Source of the DNA: a virus
IMG/VR virus record: IMGVR_UViG_3300015360_000024
Coordinates: 32,001-96,000 of that record
Reading direction: 5' to 3' (one strand)
DNA length: 64,000 nucleotides
Shown here: piece by piece, positions 23,625-32,977 of the stretch
Numbering within the stretch: position 1 is the first letter of the stretch
Layout: every line of letters begins with the position of its first letter
Program-made: the position numbers and the translations under genes
The notes under the pieces: model-generated
Database searches by the model: none
The model's input: only the letters and a program-made list of their open reading frames with translations
Told to the model about the DNA's origin: nothing

Positions 23625-23927
23625 ATGGATAGCGTGGCCGGGATGAAGGGCATCCTGGCGTTCTTGGCAGTAGCCACGCTGATGGTAATCGCGACGATCG
23701 GTCTCTCTGGTGAGGGTCCGATCTGGACGAAGTACTTCGGCGGAGGGACGGTCCTTCTGATCTTGTTGCTGATCCTGCAGCAGCTCTCAAATATCCCTTC
23801 GACGATCGAACTGAAGAAGATGTTACTCGGCGCAGAGGCGGCTGCTGCAGCAAGATCTGAGCAGATAGTCCCCGAAGATGACGACATCGCTGACAGCACC
23901 CGTGGCCGGCGCAGCGCCAGGAACTAA
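23625..23927 (+). CDS. Small membrane protein
   Basis: Two hydrophobic segments. Confidence 0.55.
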   Translation: MDSVAGMKGILAFLAVATLMVIATIGLSGEGPIWTKYFGGGTVLLILLLILQQLSNIPSTIELKKMLLGAEAAAAARSEQIVPEDDDIADSTRGRRSARN

Positions 23928-24547
23928 TGGCTGGCCGCATCCTCATACTCGACGTTGATGCTGATAAGTACGACGGCATCGTTGAGGCGCTTCGGAAGAA
24001 GCCGTCAGTCCGCGTTGTGTCGATGGATCGCGAGGCGCGCAAGCACTTGCGCGAATGCCCGGCGTGCAATCGGAAGCTGGCCAAGGAATCATCCTTCACG
24101 CTCGACGAGAAGATCGTGGATGCCTTAATCAAGGTCGCTCAGAAGATGAGGATCACGAAGACGGTCGTCTTGGTGAATGAGGATAACCCGATTGAGTCGT
24201 TCTCCTCGGTCGAGCACGAGCGATGTGTTGAGGTTGATACCGTTGTGATTCACCGCGCCATGACGCTGGGCCTATTGAAGTCGTTCATGGATGGCGCAAG
24301 GCTCACCCATTTCGTGACCACGATGGGGTTGGACTTCCTCTCAGGAGAGAAGCCAGCCGCGCCATGCACAATGTTCGTGCTCGATGGAGAGGTTGTCGAA
24401 ACCAGCGGCGAGCTGACGATCGAGAATGTAAAGTTCAAGGATGTGCATCGGGCAGGATCTGTCGCCCGAGATGGAGCAAGGGCGGTGAAAGCCATACCCG
24501 AGCACGTGATAAGCTTCGTAACCAACGGCCAGATGAGCCTTATCTGA
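23927..24547 (+). CDS. Hypothetical protein (CPAC motif)
   Basis: 206-aa ORF coupled to the upstream stop. Confidence 0.6.
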   Translation: MAGRILILDVDADKYDGIVEALRKKPSVRVVSMDREARKHLRECPACNRKLAKESSFTLDEKIVDALIKVAQKMRITKTVVLVNEDNPIESFSSVEHERCVEVDTVVIHRAMTLGLLKSFMDGARLTHFVTTMGLDFLSGEKPAAPCTMFVLDGEVVETSGELTIENVKFKDVHRAGSVARDGARAVKAIPEHVISFVTNGQMSLI

Positions 24548-24554
24548 TGAGAGG

Positions 24555-24836
24555 ATGCTGATGACTAAGTCGGACTTGATACGGATCATTTCTGTAAAGA
24601 ACGAGATCTCCTACCCAGAGGCCGAGAACGCAGTGAACGCGTTCTTTGACACGATGAAGGACGCCCTCAAGAAGGGACGCCGTGTCGAGCTTCGCGGGTT
24701 CGGATCGTTCGCTGTTCGCGAGTACGATGGCTACATGGGGCGCAACCCGAGAACGGGTGAACCATGCAGCGTTGCTCCAAAGCGGTTGCCGTTCTTCAAG
24801 GTCGGAAAAGAGATGAGAGAGGCGGTGAACGGTTAA
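24555..24836 (+). CDS. ihfB: Integration host factor beta-like
   Basis: MTKSDLI...GRRVELRGFGSF...GRNPRTGE...PFFKVGKEMR. Confidence 0.85.
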   Translation: MLMTKSDLIRIISVKNEISYPEAENAVNAFFDTMKDALKKGRRVELRGFGSFAVREYDGYMGRNPRTGEPCSVAPKRLPFFKVGKEMREAVNG

Positions 24837-24859
24837 TCCGTTCGTCGTTGGAGGATGTC

Positions 24860-25183
24860 ATGGAAGATAATGAAAGCGTTACCAAGGCCGTGCTCGCTGA
24901 CAAGATCGGCGAAGCAATCCCTACGCTGTCGACGAAGAAGGCCAACGAAATCGTCGAGAGCATCATTCGGGGTGTGAAGGAAACCCTTGCTAAGAAGGAG
25001 AAGGTGAAAATCTCCGGCTTCGGCAACTTCACCACACACGAGAAGAAGGCCCGTAAAGGTCGAAACCCACAGACCGGCGCCGAAATCACCATCGAGGACC
25101 GCTGTGTCATCAAGTTCAAGGTCAGCGACTGCCTCAAGGCTGAACTCAACGGGGAGGTCTTCAGTGGCAGCGACGAAGAGTGA
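24860..25183 (+). CDS. ihfA: Integration host factor alpha-like
   Basis: TKA.LADKI...VKISGFGNF...GRNPQTG.EITI..R.VIKFKVS..LK..LN. Confidence 0.85.
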   Translation: MEDNESVTKAVLADKIGEAIPTLSTKKANEIVESIIRGVKETLAKKEKVKISGFGNFTTHEKKARKGRNPQTGAEITIEDRCVIKFKVSDCLKAELNGEVFSGSDEE

Positions 25184-25348
25184 CCTGGAGAACCAGGTCG
25201 AAAATATCATCGGCCTTGCAATAGTCACGGTAGAAAGGCAGTTCGGAATCGCCGGACTTGATCACGTGCTTCAAGAAGTTGAATCTAGAAGAAAAACGCT
25301 ACTCTACGATGCAGACAAAGAGCGCGTTCAGGCCTCAAAGTAGGATAG

Positions 25349-26572
25349 ATGTCGGTGCCGTTGGATATGACCGGGCTGCGATTTGGCAAGCTTGTGGTCA
25401 CAGCTCCAGCAGAGCCAAAGAGATACGGCCGTGCTGGGAAGTTGATGTCGCGATGGCACTGCCAGTGCGACTGTGGTCGGACGACGGTTGTGATGCGTGG
25501 ATCCTTGATACGGAAGAATCATCCGCAGCGCGCCTGCGGATGCATGTATCGCCGAGAGATGGTTGGTCAGATGTTCGGCCGACTGAAGGTGTTAAGCAAG
25601 GATCTTGACTCGATCAGGAACGGAACACATTGGACATGCCGGTGCGTCTGCGGAAAAACCATTTCTGCCTTAGGCACCAATCTTAGACGCGGACACACGA
25701 CATCTTGCGGATGCTTTCAGACGGAAAATCTATCGGCCATTAAAACTATCAACATAACCAACCAGCGCTTTGGGAGACTGATTGCGCTCGCAAGAGTTCC
25801 TGCTCCAGTCGGACTGAGGAGCAAGCTGGCGTTTTGGTTATGCAGATGCCAGTGTGGCAATGATGTTATTGTGCGCGGGACATATCTGAGGACAGGGTGG
25901 ACGAAGTCGTGCGGCTGCATCTCCGAGATGACAGCCGGAAAGACATTTGCTAGTCCTGATGGTCTAAAATTCGGAAGACTCACCGTTCTTGATGAATGGA
26001 TAAAGGACAAGTTCTTCGAAGTTAAATGGAAGTGCCGCTGCGATTGCGGTAGTCACCTCTGGGTCACTCTAAACAATCTTCGAACAAGACGAATAGAGTC
26101 CTGTCGCTGTCTCGGCGTGGACAAGACCAGGTTCGCAACGACGACGCACGGGAAAACGAAATCGGCCGAGTATCGTGTCTGGTGGGGGATGAAGTCTCGC
26201 TGCTACAACGATAAAACGGACTCATATGAGAACTATGGCGGTCGCGGCATAGAGGTCTGCGATCGTTGGATGGAGGCGTTTGAGCACTTCTATGAAGACA
26301 TGGGGCCACGCCCAAGCTCCTTGCACTCAATCGACAGGATCAACAACAACGGCAACTACGAGCCCGACAACTGCAGGTGGGCTACAGCCAAGGAGCAAGC
26401 GAACAACAGACGCAAGCCTCGTCGCCTTGTAGCTGAAGCGTTGGCCGAGTTGGCGCCATTACTAGAAGGAGTCGACGGCTCGGACGAGTCGCTTGAAAAG
26501 CTTTCCCTCGCCTGGTCAGACCTGAAGAAACGCTTACCAAGGCTAAAAAAGGACATCGCTGCGATTTCTTGA
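25349..26572 (+). CDS. HNH-type homing endonuclease with tandem FG(R/K)L...W.C.C.CG repeats
   Basis: Four repeats, then YGGRGIEVC.RW...SIDRINNNGNYEPDNCRWAT. Confidence 0.9.
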   Translation: MSVPLDMTGLRFGKLVVTAPAEPKRYGRAGKLMSRWHCQCDCGRTTVVMRGSLIRKNHPQRACGCMYRREMVGQMFGRLKVLSKDLDSIRNGTHWTCRCVCGKTISALGTNLRRGHTTSCGCFQTENLSAIKTINITNQRFGRLIALARVPAPVGLRSKLAFWLCRCQCGNDVIVRGTYLRTGWTKSCGCISEMTAGKTFASPDGLKFGRLTVLDEWIKDKFFEVKWKCRCDCGSHLWVTLNNLRTRRIESCRCLGVDKTRFATTTHGKTKSAEYRVWWGMKSRCYNDKTDSYENYGGRGIEVCDRWMEAFEHFYEDMGPRPSSLHSIDRINNNGNYEPDNCRWATAKEQANNRRKPRRLVAEALAELAPLLEGVDGSDESLEKLSLAWSDLKKRLPRLKKDIAAIS

Positions 26573-26597
26573 CAATTGAGCCATGACCTATTAATCT
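26569..26597 (+). promoter_or_regulatory. sigma70-like promoter TTGACA-17-TAATCT
   Basis: Direct reading, upstream of ORF 26605. Confidence 0.7.
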
Positions 26598-26604
26598 CTG
26601 AACC

Positions 26605-27045
26605 ATGGCGAACGCAGCACGAGCAATGAAGGGCCCAACCAAAATCATCGAGCTAAGCGACGAGCCTTCCGGTTGGAAGCTCGACGCCAACGCTGTCCAT
26701 CTCTGGAAGAACAAGCTTTGGCGGAAGGAGAAGGTCGGCTGCGTTCTCTGCACCGAACATGAGGGTCCTGAGTACGCGACTCTCTCTCATTCCGAGGATG
26801 AGAAGCCTGACGTTTTCCATTGTGCCAGTCATGGACCCCTCGTCGAAGTCCCATTCACGATGAAGAAGGTCTACACCATTGTAATTGGTGACGTTTTTCG
26901 CGAGGGCACCGAAGAATTGTCAGATACCATGCTTTTCCCCGCCGATATGGACATCACCGAGCGCAATGAACTGATCGGACGCCTCCTGGACGAAGCCGAG
27001 AAGGAAGAGCATGCAGCTGGCCCATCTCCGGCCGATGACGAGTAA
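26605..27045 (+). CDS. Hypothetical protein (C/H motif)
   Basis: 146-aa ORF after the promoter. Confidence 0.6.
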   Translation: MANAARAMKGPTKIIELSDEPSGWKLDANAVHLWKNKLWRKEKVGCVLCTEHEGPEYATLSHSEDEKPDVFHCASHGPLVEVPFTMKKVYTIVIGDVFREGTEELSDTMLFPADMDITERNELIGRLLDEAEKEEHAAGPSPADDE

Positions 27046-27051
27046 TCACCA

Positions 27052-27318
27052 ATGATTAGGCGTAGACAATCAGTGGATGCGCGGGCATGTAATGCCCCCA
27101 TGTTACACGATCGAATTGCCGCCCTGGGCGCTCTGAGCGAGCCCACAGAGCGTCAAATAGAGGCCGCTGCCAAGGCATTCATGGCCTGGCAGTTCCCGGG
27201 ACGGTCCTGGGACGACGCGGTTCCGACGATGAAGGATAAATTCCTCGTCGGCGCCAGGCTGGCGCTACGTGCAGCTGCCTTCGTTCCAGCCGAGAAGATA
27301 CATGGAGACAAACCGTAA
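27052..27318 (+). CDS. Hypothetical protein
   Basis: ORF followed by a terminator. Confidence 0.45.
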   Translation: MIRRRQSVDARACNAPMLHDRIAALGALSEPTERQIEAAAKAFMAWQFPGRSWDDAVPTMKDKFLVGARLALRAAAFVPAEKIHGDKP

Positions 27319-27345
27319 GATCCTAGTTCTGCACCGACAACCCTA

Positions 27346-27380
27346 AGGGCGGGCATAAGTATGCCCGCCCTTTCGTTTTT
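27346..27380 (+). terminator. Rho-independent terminator
   Basis: GGGCGGGCAT-AAGT-ATGCCCGCCC then TTTCGTTTTT. Confidence 0.85.
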
Positions 27381-27445
27381 GACTATCGATGGGTTGACCT
27401 ATATACCGGAGGCCACTTGAAGAAACGGATCTTCTGGACGAACTG

Positions 27446-28045
27446 ATGTACGATCTGGACATGGGAAACGGTAAAGGGTTTCAAACCCGGCTCTCCTCCT
27501 CGCAAAAGGAAGAGATTCGCTCGCTGTACCTCAGCGGAGTTCCGCCTGTTGAAATCGTTCAGAGTTTCGGCTGCAGCACGAGCAACTTCTGGAATGTTGT
27601 TCGTGGACTTCATCATCAAGTTAGAGCTGATCGTTTCTACCAAAACGCAAAACGTCTTGAGCTGGTACCGCATGTGAAGATGGGGTGGATAGCTGGAATC
27701 ATCGACGGAGAGGGGTGGATTGGGATAACTAGGTCTACTCCGCGAGTTGACGTCAGCAGCACGACTCGTTCAATGCAGGATGAGCTACACGGCCTGATTG
27801 GTGGTCACATTTACCATATGAAAAGGTCTGGCAGGGAGCGCGATCTGTTTTCCTGGCAGTTGTGGTCCGCTGAGACAATTCTTCCATTTATTCGTGCAAT
27901 CGAATCGTTGCTAGTTGTGAAAAAAGGAGCTGCCCAAATTGTAGGTAGGTTCTGTGAGCGTAGGCTTAACGGGGTTACCGATAAGCTACTCGACGAACGC
28001 GACGCGTCTGCCGCTCATGAATTTAACAAGAAGGGCAAACGATGA
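27446..28045 (+). CDS. LAGLIDADG-type endonuclease with N-terminal HTH
   Basis: WIAGIIDGEGWIGI motif. Confidence 0.75.
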   Translation: MYDLDMGNGKGFQTRLSSSQKEEIRSLYLSGVPPVEIVQSFGCSTSNFWNVVRGLHHQVRADRFYQNAKRLELVPHVKMGWIAGIIDGEGWIGITRSTPRVDVSSTTRSMQDELHGLIGGHIYHMKRSGRERDLFSWQLWSAETILPFIRAIESLLVVKKGAAQIVGRFCERRLNGVTDKLLDERDASAAHEFNKKGKR

Positions 28046-29385
28046 AAATTCCGCTGACTATCAAAGAAGACTACTGTGTTAACTGGGACCTCTTCTGCGG
28101 CGTTCGCGAGTTCATGCAGAACGGCCAGGACGCCACCAGAATCGGCTGTACGTTCGACGCCGTCTACCTGGCCGACGCCAACACGATTCGCGTCAAGACG
28201 ATTGGAGCGACCCTGGAGCACAGGACGTTGCTCCTTGGTGAATCGTCGAAGCGTGGCCGCAACGACATGCTGGGCCAGCAGGGCGAGGGCTACAAGATCG
28301 GCTCGCTTGTTCTCTGCCGTCTCGGCAAGGGCGTCAAGATTCGGACCGGCGAAGAGGTCTGGATTCCGGCCATCGAGCACTCGAAGCAGTTCGACGCCAA
28401 GATCTTGGTGTTCAACATCGAGAAGGGCCGCAAGCCCGTCAATGAAATCGTCGTCGACATCACGGGCGTGATGCAGGACGAGTGGGACTCCATCAAGCGG
28501 AAGTTCCTCTTCATCGACGCAGACGGCCAGACGGTCATCGAGTCCCCGGTCGGCTCGGTGATCATGGACGGCGTCGGGCATATCTTCGTTGATGGCATCG
28601 AGGTGTGTCGCATCGACAAGTTCCGCCACGGCTACAACTTTCGCCCCAGCGATACCAAGCTCGATCGCGACCGCCGTCTGATGGAGCAGTTCGAAGCCCA
28701 CAGCCTCTCGGCGAAGATCTGGGAAGCGCTCTATATGCGCTCAACGCGCGAGTACTGCGACAAGGTCGACACTATGCTGGCCGACAACGCGCCTGACGTT
28801 GAGCACTTCCGTTACGATTGGTGCGTGGGCCAGAATACCCGCAAGCAGGTCGCGGACCGCTTCAAGGATAAGTTCGGCGCGAAGGCCATCCCAGTTCGCA
28901 CCAGCAGCGAGGCGCGAGAGATCGAGTTCTACGGTCGCCACGCCGCAGTCGTCGATGCTGAGCCGCTGCGCGCCATTCTGGAGCGTGAGGTCGGAACGAT
29001 CGAGCAGGTCAAGCGCGAGCTTGGCGAGGAGATCAAGCAGGAGCACACGACCGTCAGCCTGGACCCCAAGGAGACGAAGAACTTCCTGATGGCTCTGGAG
29101 TTCGTCTCTAAGGCTGTTAAGCGCTCCAGCTTCGAGCTGGCCAAGGACATCACGATCGTCGAGTTCAACAGCCCGAGCGTGATGGGTATGCGCAAGGACG
29201 ACAAGATCTACATCAGCCGAAACACCCTTGGGTGCTTCGAGGAGGCCTTAAAGACGATGGTGGAAGAGGTTGCCCATGAGGTGGGCGCCGATGCCACGCA
29301 TGATCATGTCGAGCGCATGCACACGATCTACGCCAACGGTGTAGCGTTGCTGCTTGCGGAAGGATCTGGGAGTGCCAAAGACTGA
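28042..29385 (+). CDS. GHKL (Hsp90/MORC-like) ATPase-domain protein
   Basis: REFMQNGQDA, LLLGESSK, GQQGEGYKIG. Confidence 0.8.
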   Translation: MKIPLTIKEDYCVNWDLFCGVREFMQNGQDATRIGCTFDAVYLADANTIRVKTIGATLEHRTLLLGESSKRGRNDMLGQQGEGYKIGSLVLCRLGKGVKIRTGEEVWIPAIEHSKQFDAKILVFNIEKGRKPVNEIVVDITGVMQDEWDSIKRKFLFIDADGQTVIESPVGSVIMDGVGHIFVDGIEVCRIDKFRHGYNFRPSDTKLDRDRRLMEQFEAHSLSAKIWEALYMRSTREYCDKVDTMLADNAPDVEHFRYDWCVGQNTRKQVADRFKDKFGAKAIPVRTSSEAREIEFYGRHAAVVDAEPLRAILEREVGTIEQVKRELGEEIKQEHTTVSLDPKETKNFLMALEFVSKAVKRSSFELAKDITIVEFNSPSVMGMRKDDKIYISRNTLGCFEEALKTMVEEVAHEVGADATHDHVERMHTIYANGVALLLAEGSGSAKD

Positions 29386-29659
29386 AGACGATGTCGTTTG
29401 TGCTGGATGCGGCCGGCCGATCGGGAAATATCGGTCGGCTCGTTGTCCTGGTGACCGCGTGGTTGAAGTTCGAGTCGGCAAGCTTCTCCAGAGCCAGGTG
29501 ATCGACGGCAAACGGAAGCCGGGCAGACCGAGGCTCAAGTCGGAGAAGTTCAAAGCCGAGTCTGTTTGGGGCGTGATGCATCTACGGTGTTTTGTTCGCT
29601 CCGTTGAGGCTCCAGACGATGTATTCGCAGAGCTGAGCGTTCAAAATGGCATCAGATGA
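29354..29659 (+). CDS. Hypothetical protein
   Basis: C..C N-terminus; in operon. Confidence 0.5.
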   Translation: MRKDLGVPKTEDDVVCAGCGRPIGKYRSARCPGDRVVEVRVGKLLQSQVIDGKRKPGRPRLKSEKFKAESVWGVMHLRCFVRSVEAPDDVFAELSVQNGIR

Positions 29660-29870
29660 CGACAACACCATTCTCGGTGGTCTACGCAAGCTCGCTGCCC
29701 TTGAGGGTTACGAAGCAGGCACCGAAGAATTCGAGCGACGGGTAAGACAGCTCCAGATCACTAAGTGCCGTGAGATGAAGGGCGTCAACTCGTGTCACGA
29801 ATGCAAGTTCTTCGATTACTGTGATCTGGTCAAGAAGGTGATGCGAGAGCGGCGTGGATACGACGACTAG
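29646..29870 (+). CDS. Small Cys-rich protein
   Basis: CREM...SCHECKFFDYC. Confidence 0.55.
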   Translation: MASDDDNTILGGLRKLAALEGYEAGTEEFERRVRQLQITKCREMKGVNSCHECKFFDYCDLVKKVMRERRGYDD

Positions 29871-29891
29871 ACTTGATGTGGAGGATGCCAG

Positions 29892-30707
29892 ATGTCGACA
29901 ACGCGAATTCCGTTCAATGCAATCAAGTTTCACGTTGAAATCACAAACCCGCGCGATGAACTAAAGGATATCCCAGACCTCATCGCGTCACTGAGGTCGG
30001 TCGGTCTTCAGGTCCCGCTCACAGTCAAGCAGGACCCCAAAGACGACAACGTCTTCTATTTGGTCGTTGGGTTCAGACGTCACGAGGCAATTCGTCAGAT
30101 TCGAGAGTCTGATCCGAACGCCTTCAAGACTGTCGAGGTCAAGAAATTCAAAGGCTCCTTTGCGGAGGCCCAGGTTCTCAACATCACAGAGAACATTCAA
30201 CGATCTGAGCTGACTCCTATGGAGATCTGCAAGAGCGTAGAGATTCTCATGAACCTTAGCTACAAGCAGAAGGATGTAGCCGAGAAGATTGGAAAGTCCC
30301 AAACGTGGGTTTCCAATGCGATGCAATTCCGTCGACAGGCCACACCGCAACTTCAAGAGGCCGTTCGGTCAGGTGATATCCCCTATGGATTTGCTAGGGA
30401 TTTAGCAACTCTCACAGATAGCGAGCAGAGGGATAAGGTCAAGGGCCTGAAGAAGCCCAGCACTAATTCCCAGGATGAGGTAGAAGGGCGACCCAGGCCA
30501 AACAAAGTGGTTGACCCCCAAGTGCGCAAAACAGTCAGAGAATCGTCTGGGAGGGTAATTAGGCCCTCAACGGCTGAAGTTCGCCACGAGGTGATGCGCA
30601 TTGGTCAGGACAACAAGGGCACGTCGGACGAGTTCGAACGCGGGATTCTAATCGCGCTGGAGTGGACTCTTGGGGAGCGAAAGACGCTCAGGCGGCCCGA
30701 TAGATGA
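29892..30707 (+). CDS. ParB/Srx-domain protein
   Basis: LIASLRSVGLQVPLTV...LVVGFRRHEA...ENIQRSELTPME...Q.DVAEKIGKSQTWVS. Confidence 0.9.
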   Translation: MSTTRIPFNAIKFHVEITNPRDELKDIPDLIASLRSVGLQVPLTVKQDPKDDNVFYLVVGFRRHEAIRQIRESDPNAFKTVEVKKFKGSFAEAQVLNITENIQRSELTPMEICKSVEILMNLSYKQKDVAEKIGKSQTWVSNAMQFRRQATPQLQEAVRSGDIPYGFARDLATLTDSEQRDKVKGLKKPSTNSQDEVEGRPRPNKVVDPQVRKTVRESSGRVIRPSTAEVRHEVMRIGQDNKGTSDEFERGILIALEWTLGERKTLRRPDR

Positions 30708-31358
30708 TTGGAGAATGCGATGATTGGATGGTTCTTTTTTCCGTTGGTGATCAGGGCTTGCTTGGCTTGGTTGCTTATTTGGTCTCCCAACGCAGACGCT
30801 AATCAACCAGCGATCATCCCGGAAGAGACGGTGGCCTACGCTAACATCGTCGCAACTGACCGCAGTATATCGTTGCCATCGGCGACGGACGAACACGGAA
30901 TAGCCACTCGCTACGGAAGCCCTGGCGATAAATTCGCTCAACAGGGAACGGCATGCAAGCCGCACAATAAGATCAACGACGTAGAGCACATCTGTGCGCA
31001 TCGTTGGTATCCGTGCGGCACTCTTCTGATCGTCGAGAACCAGAAGACTGGCGAACGAAACTGGTGCGAGGTCAAGGACCGAGGGCCGTACGGCGCAAGT
31101 GTTTTCGCGGCCAACGGATCCAAGGTGATGAATGGTTCTCGTCAGGGTTGGTACATCAAGATCCGAGCAGGAGATCTCCCTCCTGACGATCTCTGTCCAG
31201 ACGGTGGATGTGTAGGTAAGTGGCGAGGCGTCCTAGACATGAGCCCAGCCGTTAGCAAAGGTATGGGTCACACAGGCTGGGGAACGGTGAAAGTATGGCG
31301 ACTCAAGCGAGTCGTGGATCACCAGAAGTATCTTGCCAAGAAGAAGCCCCTCAGCTGA
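30708..31358 (+). CDS. RlpA-like DPBB lytic transglycosylase-type protein with N-terminal signal/TM
   Basis: AHRWYPCGTLLIVEN...EVKDRGPY...VLDMSPA. Confidence 0.75.
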   Translation: MENAMIGWFFFPLVIRACLAWLLIWSPNADANQPAIIPEETVAYANIVATDRSISLPSATDEHGIATRYGSPGDKFAQQGTACKPHNKINDVEHICAHRWYPCGTLLIVENQKTGERNWCEVKDRGPYGASVFAANGSKVMNGSRQGWYIKIRAGDLPPDDLCPDGGCVGKWRGVLDMSPAVSKGMGHTGWGTVKVWRLKRVVDHQKYLAKKKPLS

Positions 31359-31361
31359 CGC

Positions 31362-31778
31362 TTGAATCAGCCTCTCGACCTTGGTACCTTCCCAAGCTCC
31401 ATGCTGACGTCGCCACCTCCCAACGAAAGCCTGGCTATCGTGGTTGGGATGATGAACGACTGTAGCGGCTTATGGGAGGTCACCGAGAGTCGGGTCTCGG
31501 TTATTCGTGAGAGGTTATCCGTACTCTCACAGAGAACCCTGCCGGCTGCTCAGGAAATGCTCTCCATCGCTGATGGTGGCGCCAGGTTTTGGCCTACCAA
31601 AGCCGAATACTACGCTGCTATCTCTGAAATGCGGAAGGACGCCGTGCTGGTTAGTAAAGCACAGGTCGACGCCGTAATCGAAGCGGTCTTCAAAGGGGCA
31701 AGGCTGGACAACGTCTCCGACAAGATGTGGGTCAAGCAGGCCTTGGATATCCTCACCAGGGTTTCCAAGGAAAAGTAA
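31362..31778 (+). CDS. Hypothetical protein
   Basis: 138-aa ORF. Confidence 0.45.
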   Translation: MNQPLDLGTFPSSMLTSPPPNESLAIVVGMMNDCSGLWEVTESRVSVIRERLSVLSQRTLPAAQEMLSIADGGARFWPTKAEYYAAISEMRKDAVLVSKAQVDAVIEAVFKGARLDNVSDKMWVKQALDILTRVSKEK

Positions 31779-31782
31779 CAAA

Positions 31783-32037
31783 TTGACAATGCGCTCGGAT
31801 AGCTCGATGGTCTCAAAGAGACAAATAAAACAGGAGTTCGTACGGCATCCGTACACAAAACAGAAACTCCGCGTTATTGATACATTCGACCCGAGCGAGG
31901 TTACGCCGTGTCCTGGTTGCATGGGTGGAGTCGTTAAACAGATAAAGGTAGTTGAGTCCGAATATCGTGGGGGTGTTCGGTACAATATTATTGCCTGCGA
32001 CACATGTGAACAACCCGTTTGGGTTGTTCCTAGCTGA
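31783..32037 (+). CDS. Small zinc-ribbon protein
   Basis: CPGC...CDTC. Confidence 0.5.
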   Translation: MTMRSDSSMVSKRQIKQEFVRHPYTKQKLRVIDTFDPSEVTPCPGCMGGVVKQIKVVESEYRGGVRYNIIACDTCEQPVWVVPS

Positions 32038-32047
32038 TGGGTGAACG

Positions 32048-32236
32048 ATGGCTGCGAAGAACATTGTCGAGAAGGCGATTGGTGCGCTCCAATTGGAAAA
32101 CGATGGTCTCAAAAAGACCGTCGAGTCCTTGAAGGCTACCAATGCCGAACAGCTCAAACGGCTAGTTGCCTCGGAGCTACTAAGAGACCGCGTGCGCGAG
32201 CTTGAACAGCAGCTCGCCGACAAGAAAGGCAAGTGA
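32048..32236 (+). CDS. Small coiled-coil protein
   Basis: 62-aa heptad-rich ORF. Confidence 0.5.
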   Translation: MAAKNIVEKAIGALQLENDGLKKTVESLKATNAEQLKRLVASELLRDRVRELEQQLADKKGK

Positions 32237-32239
32237 CCG

Positions 32240-32848
32240 ATGGGCGCTCTCCTGGCTTTCCCTTCCGTTTTTCGTGATTACACCGACAACTTCAAGGAGT
32301 GGAAGCAGCAGACGTTCAGCTCGCTGCCAGCCCTTATGAAGGCGGTCATCACGAAGCATGAGAAGTCGTGGAACGCGAAGCTCGCAGAGAACCTCACGAG
32401 GCCTCTGGCTGTAATGGAGCGACCCAACCAGGTTCATCCTGGTGTCTGGATAGGAAGCTACGAGTCGGTCGTTAACGACGACCTGATGGACAACAGCATC
32501 GACGTCGTCCTCAATATGGCGATCGAGTGTGATTACGCACTCAAGCAGCCCAAGACGCAGCTCGTGAAGATCGGCATCGAGGACGGTCGTCTAACGAACT
32601 GCGGCGTCTTCAAGAAGGCCGCTGAGGTCATCTACAATGCAAAAAAGAACGGACAGTCCGTCCTCTCTCATTGCGCCGCAGGGGTCAGTAGGAGCGCGAC
32701 TGCAGTGCTCTCGTACTTGATGATCTACGAAGGTATTGGGTGGGCCGACGGGCTCGCTTACGTGCAGCGTAGTCGGCCATGCGTAAATCCACACCCCTTG
32801 CTGGTGAGGTCTGTAATCCGAGATCTTGGATCTGACTTCATCTCGTAG
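32240..32848 (+). CDS. Dual-specificity protein phosphatase
   Basis: HCAAGVSRSA active-site loop; GIEDG; RPCVNP. Confidence 0.9.
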   Translation: MGALLAFPSVFRDYTDNFKEWKQQTFSSLPALMKAVITKHEKSWNAKLAENLTRPLAVMERPNQVHPGVWIGSYESVVNDDLMDNSIDVVLNMAIECDYALKQPKTQLVKIGIEDGRLTNCGVFKKAAEVIYNAKKNGQSVLSHCAAGVSRSATAVLSYLMIYEGIGWADGLAYVQRSRPCVNPHPLLVRSVIRDLGSDFIS

Positions 32849-32890
32849 TGTCTTAGATCTAGATCCACCACTAGTGGTGGGATGAAGACG

Positions 32891-32914
32891 GCGAGCTATG
32901 TGCTCGCTTTTTTT
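32891..32914 (+). terminator. Rho-independent terminator
   Basis: GCGAGC-TATGT-GCTCGC then T7. Confidence 0.75.
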
Positions 32915-32921
32915 CGTTTCA

Positions 32922-32950
32922 TTGACATTAACCTACCTCTCCGTTAGCGT
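32922..32950 (+). promoter_or_regulatory. sigma70-like promoter TTGACA-17-TAGCGT for the replication operon
   Basis: Direct reading. Confidence 0.7.
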
Positions 32951-32977
32951 CCGCGACCGTCAACCCTGACGAGGATC

